64,000 nucleotides of DNA from Corallochytrium limacisporum Hawaii (taxonomy: Eukaryota; Protista; Pluriformea), in the NCBI GenBank assembly GCA_002811645.1, contig PDIP01000017.1:1-64000 (forward strand), given 5' to 3'. The translations under genes and the position numbers were made by a program. The stretch's first letter is position 1. Each line of letters begins with the position of its first letter. Of this stretch, positions 49,201 to 62,721 are shown piece after piece. The notes beneath the pieces are model-generated. The model was given only the letters and a program-made list of their open reading frames with translations, was not told the origin of the DNA and did not search any database.

Positions 49201-52200
49201 GAACCAATGCCTTTTAATGAGTCTATTCACACGATCGGCGTAAATCTTCAACCCAAAGTGGTACAGAGTTGGACAAAAGGAAACCTCTGACCCAAGAATC
49301 CGGAACCCAGCGCGACAGCGCGCACAGTATGTCTTACACTGCTGAAGGAAGGGGGAATTAGTCTCATTAGCAAGGGGAAGCCCTACACCCTGATAGCGGC
49401 GACAGTCCGTATTGGAGAGGACTGGAAACCAGAACATCGTGTTTGGCGTCCAGTATCCGTGGGTTTGCCGAAAAGCAGCGCGCCAGGCGCACGACACGTA
49501 CGAGTGGGCGCTCCAACCGCTTCACGCTCTGGAGATGGTATGGACCCAAAATTTGGGGATTTCATTCACGGATAGTAGATATTGTATGCCATTCCATTTT
49601 CTCTGTTGCTAAGCTTCTCAATTTGATAACCGCTGGTCTTGTTCTCACAATTCCCCTGCCAAACATTTATCCAAACGGGGTTAGACACAAAGCACGGTAC
49701 ATGGAGTACGTGGACATTTAAGGGACCGTTCCACTCTATTTCACATTGCACCTTGCGGTCCATTGCGCCATGGAATTACGCACTCTGTTCCTTGGGTTCC
49801 CTTGTACCCACACCTTTAGTCCCACAGCATTGATCGATATGTGGCCAAGAAACCAATGGCGTGCCTGAGGTGATTCTGGACGGAGATGTAAAGGACAGTC
49901 TGCCAAAAAGCTATGCAAACACAGTGTTATCTCAAATTCTTTTTTCAGTTTCTTAACCGTATGGACTGTCTTTCGGGGCAAACGTGTTCAAGCGCATAGA
50001 TTACGAAATCCATATCACTCATCAGTATTTCTTCTACATGAAGATAGGAAATCCACGAATGCAGTGCAAACTGTAGGCTACGTGAACCTCTAAAGATCTT
50101 CAGCCACACCACCCGCCCAGCACCATTCCGGTGGTGTGCTCGACGTGGATGTATATCGGAGCGTGTGGCACCTGCTCAACACATGGCATGGCCATCCGTT
50201 ATATTCCCGCAGAGACTCAATGATAATATATCAATCACAATATACTATACATTCACTATTTGATACGCCTGTGAGAACATCTGAACGTTTCTGCTTGACT
50301 ATGGTGTTATTTTGTGAAAGGCACCAGAAGCCACAAATTTTGTCAGATGGAGAGCCTCCCGCTCACCTTCTTCGCCCTTCAGTTTATGGTAATCCATGAC
50401 ATACAGCGTGACTATATTGACTCTATATGTCTCTGTGCCCTGGATAATGTGAGAAGTAGAGTGGTGTGATAGACAACCAAAGATTGTGGATTGAAGGTAC
50501 GAGAGATTAGTGTGGACGCGACGGACACAGAAGGGATCTCCCACATTCCAATTCATAAATTCTCCCCGTACTGTACCTTTGTATATGGTAGTAGTGTCAG
50601 TTTTTGGATGCGGTCCAGTAGGTTTTCATTTCCAGGCAAACTGGCAATGCACTCCGAGGTTTTCCCAAAGTGTATCTGTGTATTGGGAACGCGTATGGAC
50701 GTGGTTCTTGAAATCAAAGGGGTGTACACTAAAAACTCCTAGTAAATACAAGCACGCACGAGCACTGGGAAAACGAGAAGGGCTAATGGGGTGTTGGATT
50801 TTTGACAGAAGAAAGAAAATTGCCAACCGACGCCAGCGCAATTTTCCTGTATACTTTTTTTCAACGAATTTCTCATATTTGCTTATATATGCATACGAAC
50901 TCTTGTGTACATCCATTTGGATTCTCTTTCCTCTTGGTTCCTCTTTTAACAACAACCCAATCACCAACTACAACAGGACTGGACCCGTTAGAAATAATAT
51001 AGTCATAGTAATAGGCAAATATGTATGGGGAAAAGATAGGTGTACACAAAAGGGGGCAGCAACAAGCCCAGAACCCCCAAACCCCCAAGACCAACACTGA
51101 ACAACAGGCCGTGGCTGCGACAGGAATTCACAATGGCCCTGTATACTTCTTTCCCCTACGCACTTCAGAGAAAGTTCGGTCGCGCGGTTACACAATGATA
51201 AGTTGCGGACCACTTCTCCCGTTCGGTACCTAAAAATATCGCTAATCAACTACGAAGGACGGCTGCTGCATATTTTCCTATAATAATTCGCCTAATTTCA
51301 AGGGAAGGAGGTCCACACGCAGGGAGAGTTAACCCGACGCAGCTAAAGAGAAAGGAGGCAAGAACAGCAACCTTTGATTTTCCCAGACGACGTTGGGGTA
51401 TTTCATGACCTGTTTAAATGTAGCGACAAGGAAAGTATTGGTAGAACTTAGGGTTGGTGGAACTAAGGATTTGGGTTAGTAGTGAATGTTCCCCGCTCTT
51501 GCATCTCTTCGGCTCCCTTTTCGTGTTTTGGGTCGCTTGGTAGAAGACTTTGGTCCTTACCCCTGAGGGGGTTGCTGTGGTTTGGCGCTTGAAAGATGAG
51601 AAAAGCAGCTGATTTTGAGGATGCCAACAGCCAATCATCTTCGACTTTGCACTCAGCCGTGGTGGGAAAGCCAAGAACTGAGGAATAACAGAAAAACAGA
51701 GTCAATCTTGAGGGCGCCTATCGAAGATTTTCAACACCTCTGCGGATTTGTACTGGACGTATTACTATCTTCGCCAGGCATACTATATCATTTGCGTATA
51801 GTGGGACTATGAATTTTTTTATATATGGTATATGTCGGTATTGCTTCTCATCTTGCAAAAGTGGATAGTATGCTTCCCGCGTGGTCTGCAAAACAGAAGT
51901 CCGGGNNNNNNNNNNNNNNNNNNNNNNNNNNNNNNNNNNNNNNNNNNNNNNNNNNNNNNNNNNNNNNNNNNNNNNNNNNNNNNNNNNNNNNNNNNNNNNN
52001 NNNNNNNNNNNNNNNNNNNNNNNNNNNNNNNNNNNNNNNNNNNNNNNNNNNNNNNNNNNNNNNNNNNNNNNNNNNNNNNNNNNNNNNNNNNNNNNNNNNN
52101 NNNNNNNNNNNNNNNGGGGCGGGGCGAAGGGGGGGGACTAGCAAACCACGCGGAGATATATACTTATACTGGAGATTAGATGTCTGCATAAATATCGCTC

Positions 52201-55200
52201 AAACATCAAAATGTGGACACACGCGGATAGCCAGAGTACGCTAAATGAGTTTGTAACCTCTTCCGTACCCTGTAAAATCTAAACCAGACTGCGTCCGTAT
52301 ATCTACTGTACTGGAATAGTAACCTCAGCTGACTTTGGCGTGCGTGTGAGGGGCGTTCCTGAAATTCTTTGTTTTTATCTATCAGTGTGTGGAGCCGTTA
52401 ACGTACTCACCCGGTGTCTCATGCATGTACTTATACTCTTATAATATGCTATAGAGTATTGTTTTGTGCGGGGGGTTACACTTGGTAGTTGTGGTACTCG
52501 GTGTTTCTCTGCAGGTAGTCTTCGGGCTAGACCCCCCTATCTTAGCGGAGCAGCGTGTTGCAAAGTGGGTGGGGTAGGTTAGGTGTGGTAGAAATGGCGG
52601 ACATGCATTGGTGAATTTTACACTTTTGCTCACTACTGCTGACCCCACTCGATAAATGGCTGCATGCGTGTCCGGGTCTGTTGATCTAATCGAGAAGGGC
52701 GTGGAGTACAGGAAAGACCCTTCTCTCAAGTCTCAAGGGAGGAGAGTGAACACCGGACAGCCAGGTCAAGAGTTGGTAGCAGCCGCTACATGCAAGAATC
52801 AGCAATGGCGTCCATTCCAAGGATAAAACTTACGCACGTAAACACTTGTGTGCGTTCCTTTTTGTCTTTTCACCCTCTTCAATGACAACCACCGAAGACA
52901 ATATAGACCAAAAGGCGGGTTTCCACATCCCAACCGACCGGGTGTGGGGATGTTTGGGTTGTCGTGATTCTTTATGGTTGGTCGCAGTGTAAATTTGTGT
53001 TGGAACGCTTACTTTCAGTATAAGGAGCATATCGTGTTTTGCTGCCACCCCATGTCTCCTCATATGTGTTTTGTTGGATGTGTGTGCGACGATATGAGTC
53101 TGTGTCATGTGGATGCAGCTTCACCCCATCAATCGCCCCTACCACTAGCGTACCGTCGCGTCCAAGTTTACTATCAATTTCTTTTCCTCTGCTTCCATTT
53201 GCTATCCATGGAATTCAACAATTGAAACGCAAGAAAAAACATACACAAAGATATTTCCAATTCTCAGTAGGCGGGGGGCTTCAAAACTTTTTTCAGTGTT
53301 CACATTTTCTTGCTTCAACTTTCAAGGAAAAGTTAATATCATATTTATTCGCAACTACGACAAGCCAGTGTGGCCTTTGACCATCATTGAAAGCCCTTGG
53401 CGTCCTCCTTGTTCCTCATGTTGCCCTGTTTACAACTTGTAACGGTCAATCTCCACAATTCATTTCTCCCTGTCCTCCATTGGATACCGACCACAAAAAA
53501 ATCCCAAATGGAGAAAAGCAAATCAGCCGACAGACGTACACACGTGCGAAGATGAAGGTAAAAGAAAATGAATAAGAGATTTCCGGCTAGCACAAGGAAA
53601 ATAGACAGTAAAAGTAACGACGATGAAGAATTTCCAATCGAATTGGTAATCGTAGAACATAGGGTTACTGTAATAGATGATGGGGAATATGCACTCGGAC
53701 CCTAAACTGCGTCTACATTTCCGTCTGTCCGTTCGTCCCTGCCTCTCTGTTTACCTTCAAGAAGAGTTCTTTCTTTTTGCAATCATCAAAATGATAGATG
53801 GGAATGCCTGTGGATGGCAGATGGTTCTTTATCCTTACCTCAGTACCAACCATTAAATCCTAACCTTTTCTCTCCACAACTGTGTGCGCGTCTGTGTGCG
53901 TGTGTCTCCAGTTCATTGTAAAAGATGCCAAAAGCGGAGTTTCGCCCCTCCTCCCGCATTCTTTTAGCGTAGTATCTATCAACGATTAAACTATAATTTG
54001 GAGGGTGGTATGGAATCCATACTAATTGGTGTGCTCATTCTCACACACCCTCTTCCCAGCAAACACACTACATAGACGTTTTGCTACCTAACTGCGGATA
54101 AATTGTTTCTGGTGGTAGTGGTCAGGGGTACCCTAATTTTCCTTGCGGAAGCACATTCACGTTCACCCTTCCAGCTTCGCTGTGGCCGTTCAGGTGGGTG
54201 TCCACTAGCACTTTCCACGAACAAGCCTGCAATTCACATGCTTTTCTGTGTGCAGAGAAACACCCGACAAAAATACTGACGGGAACTCGCCTTTTCAGGA
54301 CTCAGGTCTGACCTCCTGTCCATCCGCAGAGTTTTCGTTTACATTCCATGTAAACATTGTTCCCACTGCGGTGAGCACGCGCGTACGGAGAGAATACACG
54401 CAGTGCACAGGAAGTGAGAGTAAAAGAAAGGGACGCGTCCCAACACAAAGCAAGATGGAGGAATGAAGTGAACGGAGACGGACGAACGGAGCGGACAACA
54501 AAACACCACCAGCAGCTGATGGGGAGATGATATCAAATTTTGAACAGCTGACTCTACCTCTTCCACTCCTCTTCTCTCCGTCTCTCCGTCTCTCCGCTTG
54601 TCGCTCCGTCGATCTCTCCGACTTGTCTGTTCTTTTTCACCTTACTTGTTCACTGACACTCCCAACAGGGTCGCTCGGGCGACAAATTTGAAAATATGGG
54701 GTTCGATCTCCGTTATTACTATCCATTCCCCAACAAATTGTCTTAGCGGGGTACATATATTCCGCTCATTTCTCGATCTCAGTTTGTTTTTATCGTCCAT
54801 TGTCTAAGCAGACCCCTAGCCCCTGTGAAAGCTTTCTATGGTGTGGCCGGGTTTGGCGCGTTTCCCGTCTATGCAAGATCTTTTTTCTTGGTGAATTTCG
54901 CATTTATCGATGCCACTCCTTTTTCTCCACCTCTGTCTCCCCATGTAGGCGATGTCGCGTTGTTATCCCAGGCTTTCTCACTCTACCCTGTCTGCTCGAC
55001 AGTTGCCCGACCGTTCGAGGCCGCCAGCGGAGGACTGTGACTTTTTCAAGCTCTATTTCTGTAAAAATAATCGTATTCATTCATGAAAAAAGAAATAGAA
55101 AAAGTGCCGCGGATAATTTTCTATGTGGTGGGGGTCGAGTATCGTTATGACCACCGTGAGATGGTCGGTCCGGTTCATGTCAACGGTTTGTTGCCTGGAT

Positions 55201-56529
55201 CTTAGTTGGCAATTTCTATACATGTCGCCGACCAACTTTCCCTCATCAACCTGTAAACCAGGAGGCAAGGACCTTCTCGATCTTGAGCGAGTATTTAGGG
55301 ACATAGTTGCTGCTACCAACGAATTCCTGGCCCTCTACCACCGTCAGGCTCACACTCGTATCTCAGTTCTTCTCAACTCCTCACCATGTTCCCACATATA
55401 ACCATTTTCCGTCGGAACATTGCCGGGCTGAGTACCCGTCCATTGTCATTCGTTCTTTCTGAAGTAATGCTTGAGGCCATTCGACAGACACACCACCACA
55501 AAGAACGGCCATCACAGCCTCAGTGTGGATGAGAAGTAATAGCGGAAGCACCAAAGGGAGTGCTCTGAAACTGTTCTCTCACCTCCCAAAAAGTATTAAG
55601 AGATACGAATCTGGCAAAACTCAAGTCTTATAAATCTACACCATCCTCACACGAATAGGAACCATAACGTATGTGTATAGGGGGAGTGTTCAAAAAATAT
55701 TTGAGTGGCTATCCTGTGAAGGTCCTGCTCAAAAAAAATCCTCCGACTGTATGTGGATGTATAGCGTCGGGAAAAAGTACGCTTCTTCTCACAGTGGACA
55801 CCACTCTTGGTCCAAAACAGGCCATGCTTGAGCGAATTGGGAAAACCCGCTTCCATCCCTGCAGGTAGCTCTGACTGAAAACTCTCCCTAGCAGTAGTGA
55901 ATAAATGCGCAAAAATATCAAAGTGGAGTAACAGGAAAGGCTCTAGTTCCTATGGATCACCAACATCCGACGTACCCTTCCTTCACAACCGGCGGGTGTT
56001 CTCACTGTAGTGAGTTTGCAGATCCCAGCCATAAAAGATATCACATTGCTGAAACCTGACCGAACAAGAAGCTGAACTGGGAGGATGGTCACCTGCACTG
56101 TCTACATCTCCACGAAAATGTAAAAGAAGTTGGTTGGGCGGCGGAAGGGTCTCAAGTTATACCCACACACCCACACATTCGGCTTTGGACTTTAACTTTT
56201 CCACTTACAACAGCACTGAAACGCAGCCCAGCCCGTTCACCAATTCAAGTTTACCGGTGCCATGCCATCCCACCATCCCGTCCCGCTCCATCGAGGCAGC
56301 GTTTCCCTACTAAACTACCTACGATGCAGCGCTCTACTGAACACCAGATCTACAAGGGAAGTAAGAGGTGTTGCGAAGGGTCGCGCGTGTGGTCCCACAC
56401 TCACAACCCCAACAATTCTCAGTGTTCATAGCAATACATACTGAAGTTTTGTCGGCCATCCTGGACTTCGGTGCCTGTTCCACGATGCTCCCGACGGAAA
56501 GTGAGGGTGGTGGAGAAAACAGGGCGTGT

Positions 56530-56788
56530 GCATGTGGCAGCATGCTGAGTTGATTATGCTCAGTAAGTGTGGAGGGTGGATTGCTCGCCTGAGATGATCC
56601 CACGAAGGAGCAACAGCACACAAGATGACAAACTCCCAAAGGGATAGCAACANNNNNNNNNNNNNGCATGTGGCAGCATGCTGAGTTGATTATGCTCAGT
56701 AAGTGTGGCGGGTGGATTGCTCGCCTGAGATGATCCCACGAAGGAGCAACAGCACACACGATGACAAACTCCCAAAGGGATAGCAACA
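56530..56788. repeat. 123-bp direct duplication flanking a 13-N gap (probable unmerged haplotype/scaffolding overlap)
   Basis: 56530-56652 and 56666-56788 match except for two substitutions (ggag/ggcg; cacaag/cacacg). Confidence 0.85.
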
Positions 56789-59700
56789 CTCTTGGGGGTG
56801 TGTTTTCTAACAGGTTTGGTTGCAGTGTGCACATATGGCACGCACACAATGCACGGCGCAAGGGTGGTGAACCCCCTGTGGAGACAGTATCCACATTAGT
56901 CCAAGTTTCGATTCTGCAGTACTGACACTAAATGAACATGAAAGGGACTGACCTATGCGCAACTCACATTCGAAGAGCTTACTTGGAAATTCAAGTGCCA
57001 ACAGTAGCCGCACTATGATTTGACCTTCGACCTGTGTTGTTTGTGGGACATCTTTGCAGTGTAACCAACGGATATCTTGGAGAGTTCGGCCTTGTACGCT
57101 GGGAAATGAACGCAAATGTCGAGCTCAGATAGAAGCGGAGTGGAGCAATCTGCAAGTAGTTGCTCAACGTAGAGTTCCGTGTACATAGACATGACCACGT
57201 TGAATATGCTAGGAACTTTCTCAGCTGCTCGCAGCGGCGTCGATGTTGGTGATGATTGTTGACGATGCGCAGAATCATCCCCATGTTCAGTCATCTATGG
57301 CTGCGGCATCCCCGTCGGATGAAATGATGCTTGCGGTAATACAGGTTCACTAGATGCTGAATGTTCGAATTTCAAAAACACTTCCATGCGATCCCCGACA
57401 ATGGCTGGGCATACGGGTGCGACTGAGGGGTTCACCTCCACTCTCCTTCCCAGTTATTTCATAGAAAATTATGGTGAAGTGTGCACTGATGGCGCGAAAG
57501 TAGGCAAGCTTGGATCGGCGGAGATGAAGAAATAGCTCAGGTGACAAAAGCTCCCTGCTTCAACGCGCTTCCGCTGCCTGTCTAGAGCTACTAGCGGACA
57601 AGGTCCGGTGCTTCCAAAGACTAAGGTTGCAACGGCTACAGTTTGTCAGAAATTTCGTGTCACTTTGCCGTCATCTTCGACGTGTTTTGGTGTTCTCATC
57701 CAAACGCACCGATGTTGAAATAAAGGCTAGCCAATCATGAATTTCAGCTCCCTTGTGACAGACGAATATCTTGACGCACACCTTCATCCAGAAATCATCC
57801 GCTATGCTATGGCACTGGTTCGATACACACGCACACGCCGCCAGTGCCTCTTGGGGTGCGGGCTTTGTAAATCGTACTTCTTCGTCTCTTCCAGCTTCTC
57901 TGGATGGTTGAAAGAGATTGCGCTACGAGACACATGCCTACGCTCAGTCTGTCGGAACCCCTACGCCTAGCAATTACCTTTCAAGGTCATGGGTTTGATA
58001 GTTCTTACGCGAGCATACTTTTTGAACCGAGAAAATCTCCCGAGCTTTGGGAAAAGGGAAAACCCGGGGAAAGGAGCGCGAGTTACACCTAAGGGCATAC
58101 AAGGAGACATACCCCTAAGGGCACCCGGAAATGCCTAATAAGGCTAGATTTGAACCTGTGTTCACTATGAACCGTATAAAAGCAATATATACGGGGTTCC
58201 GATCTGATTATCCTCCTCCCAGCAATAGTAGTTTTTGATATGTACTCAATGCCCGGTGCGTTTCATATTGCTTTTGAGATGATGGTAGTAGGAAAGCTGA
58301 TGCGTGAGTGTGTGCGAAGAGCGGGTCCTTCTCCACCCTCCTCCACCGATTATACTTGCCATCTCTGAGCGACCATCGACACTATGACCATCTTGAGGCC
58401 CCATCACCGTGTGCCCTCATCGCCGACAAATCGGGACCCCACTAGAGAAATTCGCTGGAGAGTGGGGCTATGTGAGAGTCGAATTCCCTAGCACTAGCAT
58501 CGTAGGCGGATACATCGCTGGTTGCTGGTAAGCAGCCCGGGTCCCTGCGTCCAAAACTGTTGCATGCTGACAGACAGGTAGCCACCAGCTGCAGCGGCGA
58601 GCTGCCTTCGTCGATGATGTGCTGCCGCTCGCTGAGGAAACGGTGGTCAGGAGGGTTGGAAAGTATGTCCACCCTATAGTGAACCGCTGAAGCTGTGTTC
58701 CTTCGCGCAATGCCGCGGCAATTCGTGGATGGTCCGCCCGTTCAGGAGTAGTAGATTGTGGCTGTAACAAGTGCCAAGTACGGCTGAAGTTTAGAAGGTA
58801 AGCGGAATCTCCGCACCCTTCCCGGGGAGTTACCCACACACACCCACTCTGCAACATTTGCTCGCAACGTAGGAGGGACCGGTGCTTTCATAAAAATTTC
58901 CCCTTAATCTTTCAATATTTCCCCAGTGCTTGGTCGTCACCGTTTGGGGGGTCGTCTGTGCACGTCGTCCCCTTATCTGCCAAAGCTGCTTTAGCGTGCG
59001 GAGGGTGGGTCGCAAATACATTCCAATAGATGTCCACACTCGCGACCACGCTCTTTTTCTACCGGGATGTACCTACTGCACAGCCCTGTCCAGTTACAAA
59101 AACGGAGCGTTTTGAAAAACACAAAAGATTGCGAGGAGGAAGGAAGGCGGTTCTCTCGGGGACTTCGCAAAGTTGAGAATGGGCCCCGACCGCAGCAGTG
59201 AGAGTACCGGTAGCGCTCAGGGGGTTTTTAGAAATTGTTTAACCAAATGAAGACGTGTTGGTAGGTTAACCCCTGTAGAACTTTTTTTTTGAGAGAATAC
59301 ACGGAGTGGAATTGTGCCCTGCAAGCACAGGAGGCAAGCAGCGACGGTACTCTATGGCCCTTCGCCCACGTAACTCGCGAGCCACACCTGTGGATCGTAA
59401 ATAGATTGGCAATCTTGAATCTTGTTGATATTTGTATTATAATATCGATGTATTGATTCAGTTTTTTCGCTGTTCCTGGTCGAGACAACGTTGACGACAT
59501 GTACGGTAAGGGCCCATAATGGTGTGTGTCATGGATACAAGCTCGTGCGGTGCTCTTGTCGTCAAATCTACGTATATCTATTATGAAAAGATCTCGCCGC
59601 CGAAAAAGTTCCCACACGCATACCGATCACATCCTTACCGGATTTTTGTTGGGATCTCTTCTGGTTTGGCGGGCGAACCTGGCTCAGAACGTCAAAGATT

Positions 59701-60028
59701 GCAATCTGTGATTTGTCAAAGAGCTTTTGCACTGAAGCCCTCAAAAAACTCGTTTTACGAATTTATTTCGGAGGGGTCTTTTGGACACAGATTACGGTCA
59801 AATTAATCAATATTTCATAAATGCAAAAATCAGGGGGAACACAAGCTGGCATCATCATACTGTCCACGAACGGAAGTAAGCACACAATTCGATAAATACA
59901 TGAAGACATGGATAGATTACACTTGAATATTGACAAAAAGGTACGGATGTAATGTGACGATGTGATATGTTAAGATATGCTGTAGGAACGGAGTGGAATA
60001 AGGTGTATGCTTCCAGGCACGTAAAGAT

Positions 60029-60499
60029 CTAGAAGGGCATGTGTGGGTTCTTCATGGGGACATCGAGGGTGACGCAGGCTACGCGAGCACCAGTCTGGTT
60101 AACGATAGTAGCAGTGCCAGTCAGCCTACCAGAGGGCAGGAACTTAGGGACGTTGACGTCAACGTCCAGCTTGAATGGTCCTTTCTGAATGGGACACTTC
60201 AACCTATCGGTCAGGTGACACAGGTCCTCCTCCAGCTGAATGGGCAAAACATCCGCGAAAACAACATCCAAGACTAATTTACCAGCCGTGACTGTCTCAG
60301 AAAGCGTTCCTTCAAGAGTTGCTGACATTTTGCTGCCGGCCTTGACAGGAACCGGGTCCACTTCCAGATTCTCAATGGTGAGCAAATCGCTTCCAGAGTT
60401 GTCACAAAGCTGCCACACATTCTTAGGCCGCCTAATTGGATCAGCAAGGCATGCGACGACCAGGGCAAAGACCAGGGCGAGAATGTAGTTGTATTTCAT
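60029..60499 (-). CDS. ML (MD-2/NPC2/PG-PI transfer protein) family secreted lipid-binding protein, 156 aa
   Basis: Signal peptide MKYNYILALVFALVVACLA. ML-domain cysteine pattern WQLC...DLC...KCPIQKGP...VACV, with VDPVPVKAG and VPKFLPSG. Confidence 0.88.
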   Translation of the reverse strand: MKYNYILALVFALVVACLADPIRRPKNVWQLCDNSGSDLLTIENLEVDPVPVKAGSKMSATLEGTLSETVTAGKLVLDVVFADVLPIQLEEDLCHLTDRLKCPIQKGPFKLDVDVNVPKFLPSGRLTGTATIVNQTGARVACVTLDVPMKNPHMPF

Positions 60500-62721
60500 T
60501 GTTTCCGTTTTCCTGTTACAGATTGTTTCTTTATAGTATTCGATTCCCGAGATGTGTTACAACCCATGCTCTGGCGTTCTTACTTCCAAGTGACTGGCCC
60601 TTGACATAGGTTTAGTGTAGTTGATGTGCAATTGATTTCTAAGAACGAGATTATTCCTATACACAAGGACGACGGAATGTCTTTCCTTGGTCCACGCGAC
60701 CGTTTGGACACCCGAGCACGGTCGGTCGGTGTATTGTCGCGAACTCCTTTATTCCCGGAACGCGGCATCACCGGGCGGCAACGCATAGAGACCACTATCG
60801 CTGCGATAAGGCGCAGAGAAAAAATCTCTCGTCTTCCACAGACGCAAACGGTACATTCACTACTCGGCCGTCTCCAGTGAACTCGGGAAAACAATGGGCG
60901 GCGAAACTGGGGCGATTTCACCCACGGACCGTCTGAAAACTCTTACCCTTAGGCTTACCAGAACCGATTCGGACCCTTCCGAGTTTTTTTTAAAGTTGCA
61001 AAACAAGGTGAAGCAACTCAATATGTTTAGTATGAAAATTCTAATGAAGTATCCATGATGACTCATGGCTTATCGCTGTTGGACCCGCCTGGGAAGTCTA
61101 TTTATGTCTCCGCTAATTCAATACCCACCGACGGAAGTCCTGCGGCTGCCAGCATCGTTAGATGTAGGCATCGTTTAAAACTCTGGTAGGTATTCAATAC
61201 GTTATACCAGGGGAACGAGCACGGGGGATCACACCCAGTCCTCCCACACCTATCCTAAGCGATCCTGTTTGTAAATGGCTCTTCAATTTTTGGGGGCGGG
61301 GCTCCATTCCTTTGTTGCTCCCTTTGTGACGAAGAAGTAGAAAATTTTTATTTTTCAGCTTTTTGTTTCGTCGCTCCTTCGTGAAAATTTTCTTGCACTC
61401 GTTTACCTCACGGGCGTGTGCGAACGAGTCAGATACAGAACAGACTCGCAGCCTTTCCCCGGTTGGGAATCGATCCCAAGAGGTCCAATGTTGCACCCGC
61501 CCCACACGGGCAGACCCTGGCACCAAACAGTCCCTCGGTTCCCTAATCCCTGTATTGAACATACCGGAGGCAACGGAGAGGAGGATCGGTGGGCTCGTGG
61601 TGGTGTGCATTAATTCAACCTTTGGGGTCTCAAAAGAGGAACCCCCCCCCGGGAGAGTGGGGGCTGGGGACGCTGCGACCTGGGGATGCAAAAAGATCAA
61701 TAAACTTTAAGAATTAGATGAAACCCTGGTTGTGCTGAATTTATTTTGAATTAATCCGTCATGAACATAGTGAATGTACCAGAAGGTTTGAACTTAGCTC
61801 AGAGGCGAATGGCTGCGTCGAGGTCCGTCTGCTTGGGTTTGGTCGCCGTCTTTGGGGAGAAACGATAGGTCTATTGGAGCTATGAAACCCACTTATTAAT
61901 ACTGAATACATTTATACTTTCCATCGGCTTGTTTCATTTTACTTCGGAATATACTCACCCCGTGGTGCACGAAAGCCCCCAGGCCGGCAAACTTTCAGCA
62001 CCACGACCACCCCGGTAGGTAGATATCTCTGGCAACGCTCGCAACGCTTCTTGCACGACCGGCCCGGTTAAGTTTTCTACTGCACCTGTCATGTGGGGTG
62101 GAAGGGCGCGAAATACTCTCACTCTCGCACACTGCACACACCCCAGGCCGGTGCCCTGCAGCCTCCCCCTCCCCCAGTTCTTTCCGGGGCCTCACTCAGA
62201 TGAATCTCTTTGTTTCATGGCCCCTCCCAAACCGGCTGGGCCCAACGGACGGCGGAGAGGGTGGGTTGGCCCCAATCTTCAAATGCACCCGTACACTCAC
62301 TACCACACAGGTCCCCCTGCCTGTGATCACCTCCCTCGGGGCCTGGCAGATGGTGAGTGCTCATTCAGCAAATAGCTCATGATACGTTATTGGCGCGTAG
62401 AGCTTGAAACATACCCACTCAGCCGTGGGCGCAGCTCAAACTGGGCGCGACTGGAGCTGCGGTCTCCAGCCGCTGTGATTGTGCGCGCGCGATTTCGCAA
62501 TTAAAGGCGAAGCCCTTAGTTGTCGTGCGAAAACGTCAACAAGCAGTCATTTGAACACTATATCAGTGTCGACTAATTCACAGACTACAAAGGTACAAAG
62601 AATCTGCTACCAAATGTTAATATCAGGCACAACGCCAAAAAGTTGTAAAGTGAATAACAGTGTTTACAGGGAAGTGTCCATATGCAGGGTATGCCCACGG
62701 ATAGTGGGACGTGATCCTCAT

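Noticed and set aside
56530-56788. 123-bp direct repeat as LTR or true tandem duplication
   Set aside because: The copies abut a 13-N gap and differ at two sites, typical of unmerged allelic contig ends.
58141-58160. GGTTCAAAT T-loop-like motif on the minus strand suggesting a tRNA
   Set aside because: The T-stem does not pair properly and no cloverleaf could be built.
62240-62520. Cobalamin riboswitch upstream of the B12-dependent RNR (several short stems, including overlapping gcagctc/gagctgc and ctggag/ctccag)
   Set aside because: No recognisable B12-box or GGGAA...GGTG..A.TCC core, and 5-7 bp stems are expected in GC-rich DNA. An Infernal/Rfam search would settle it.
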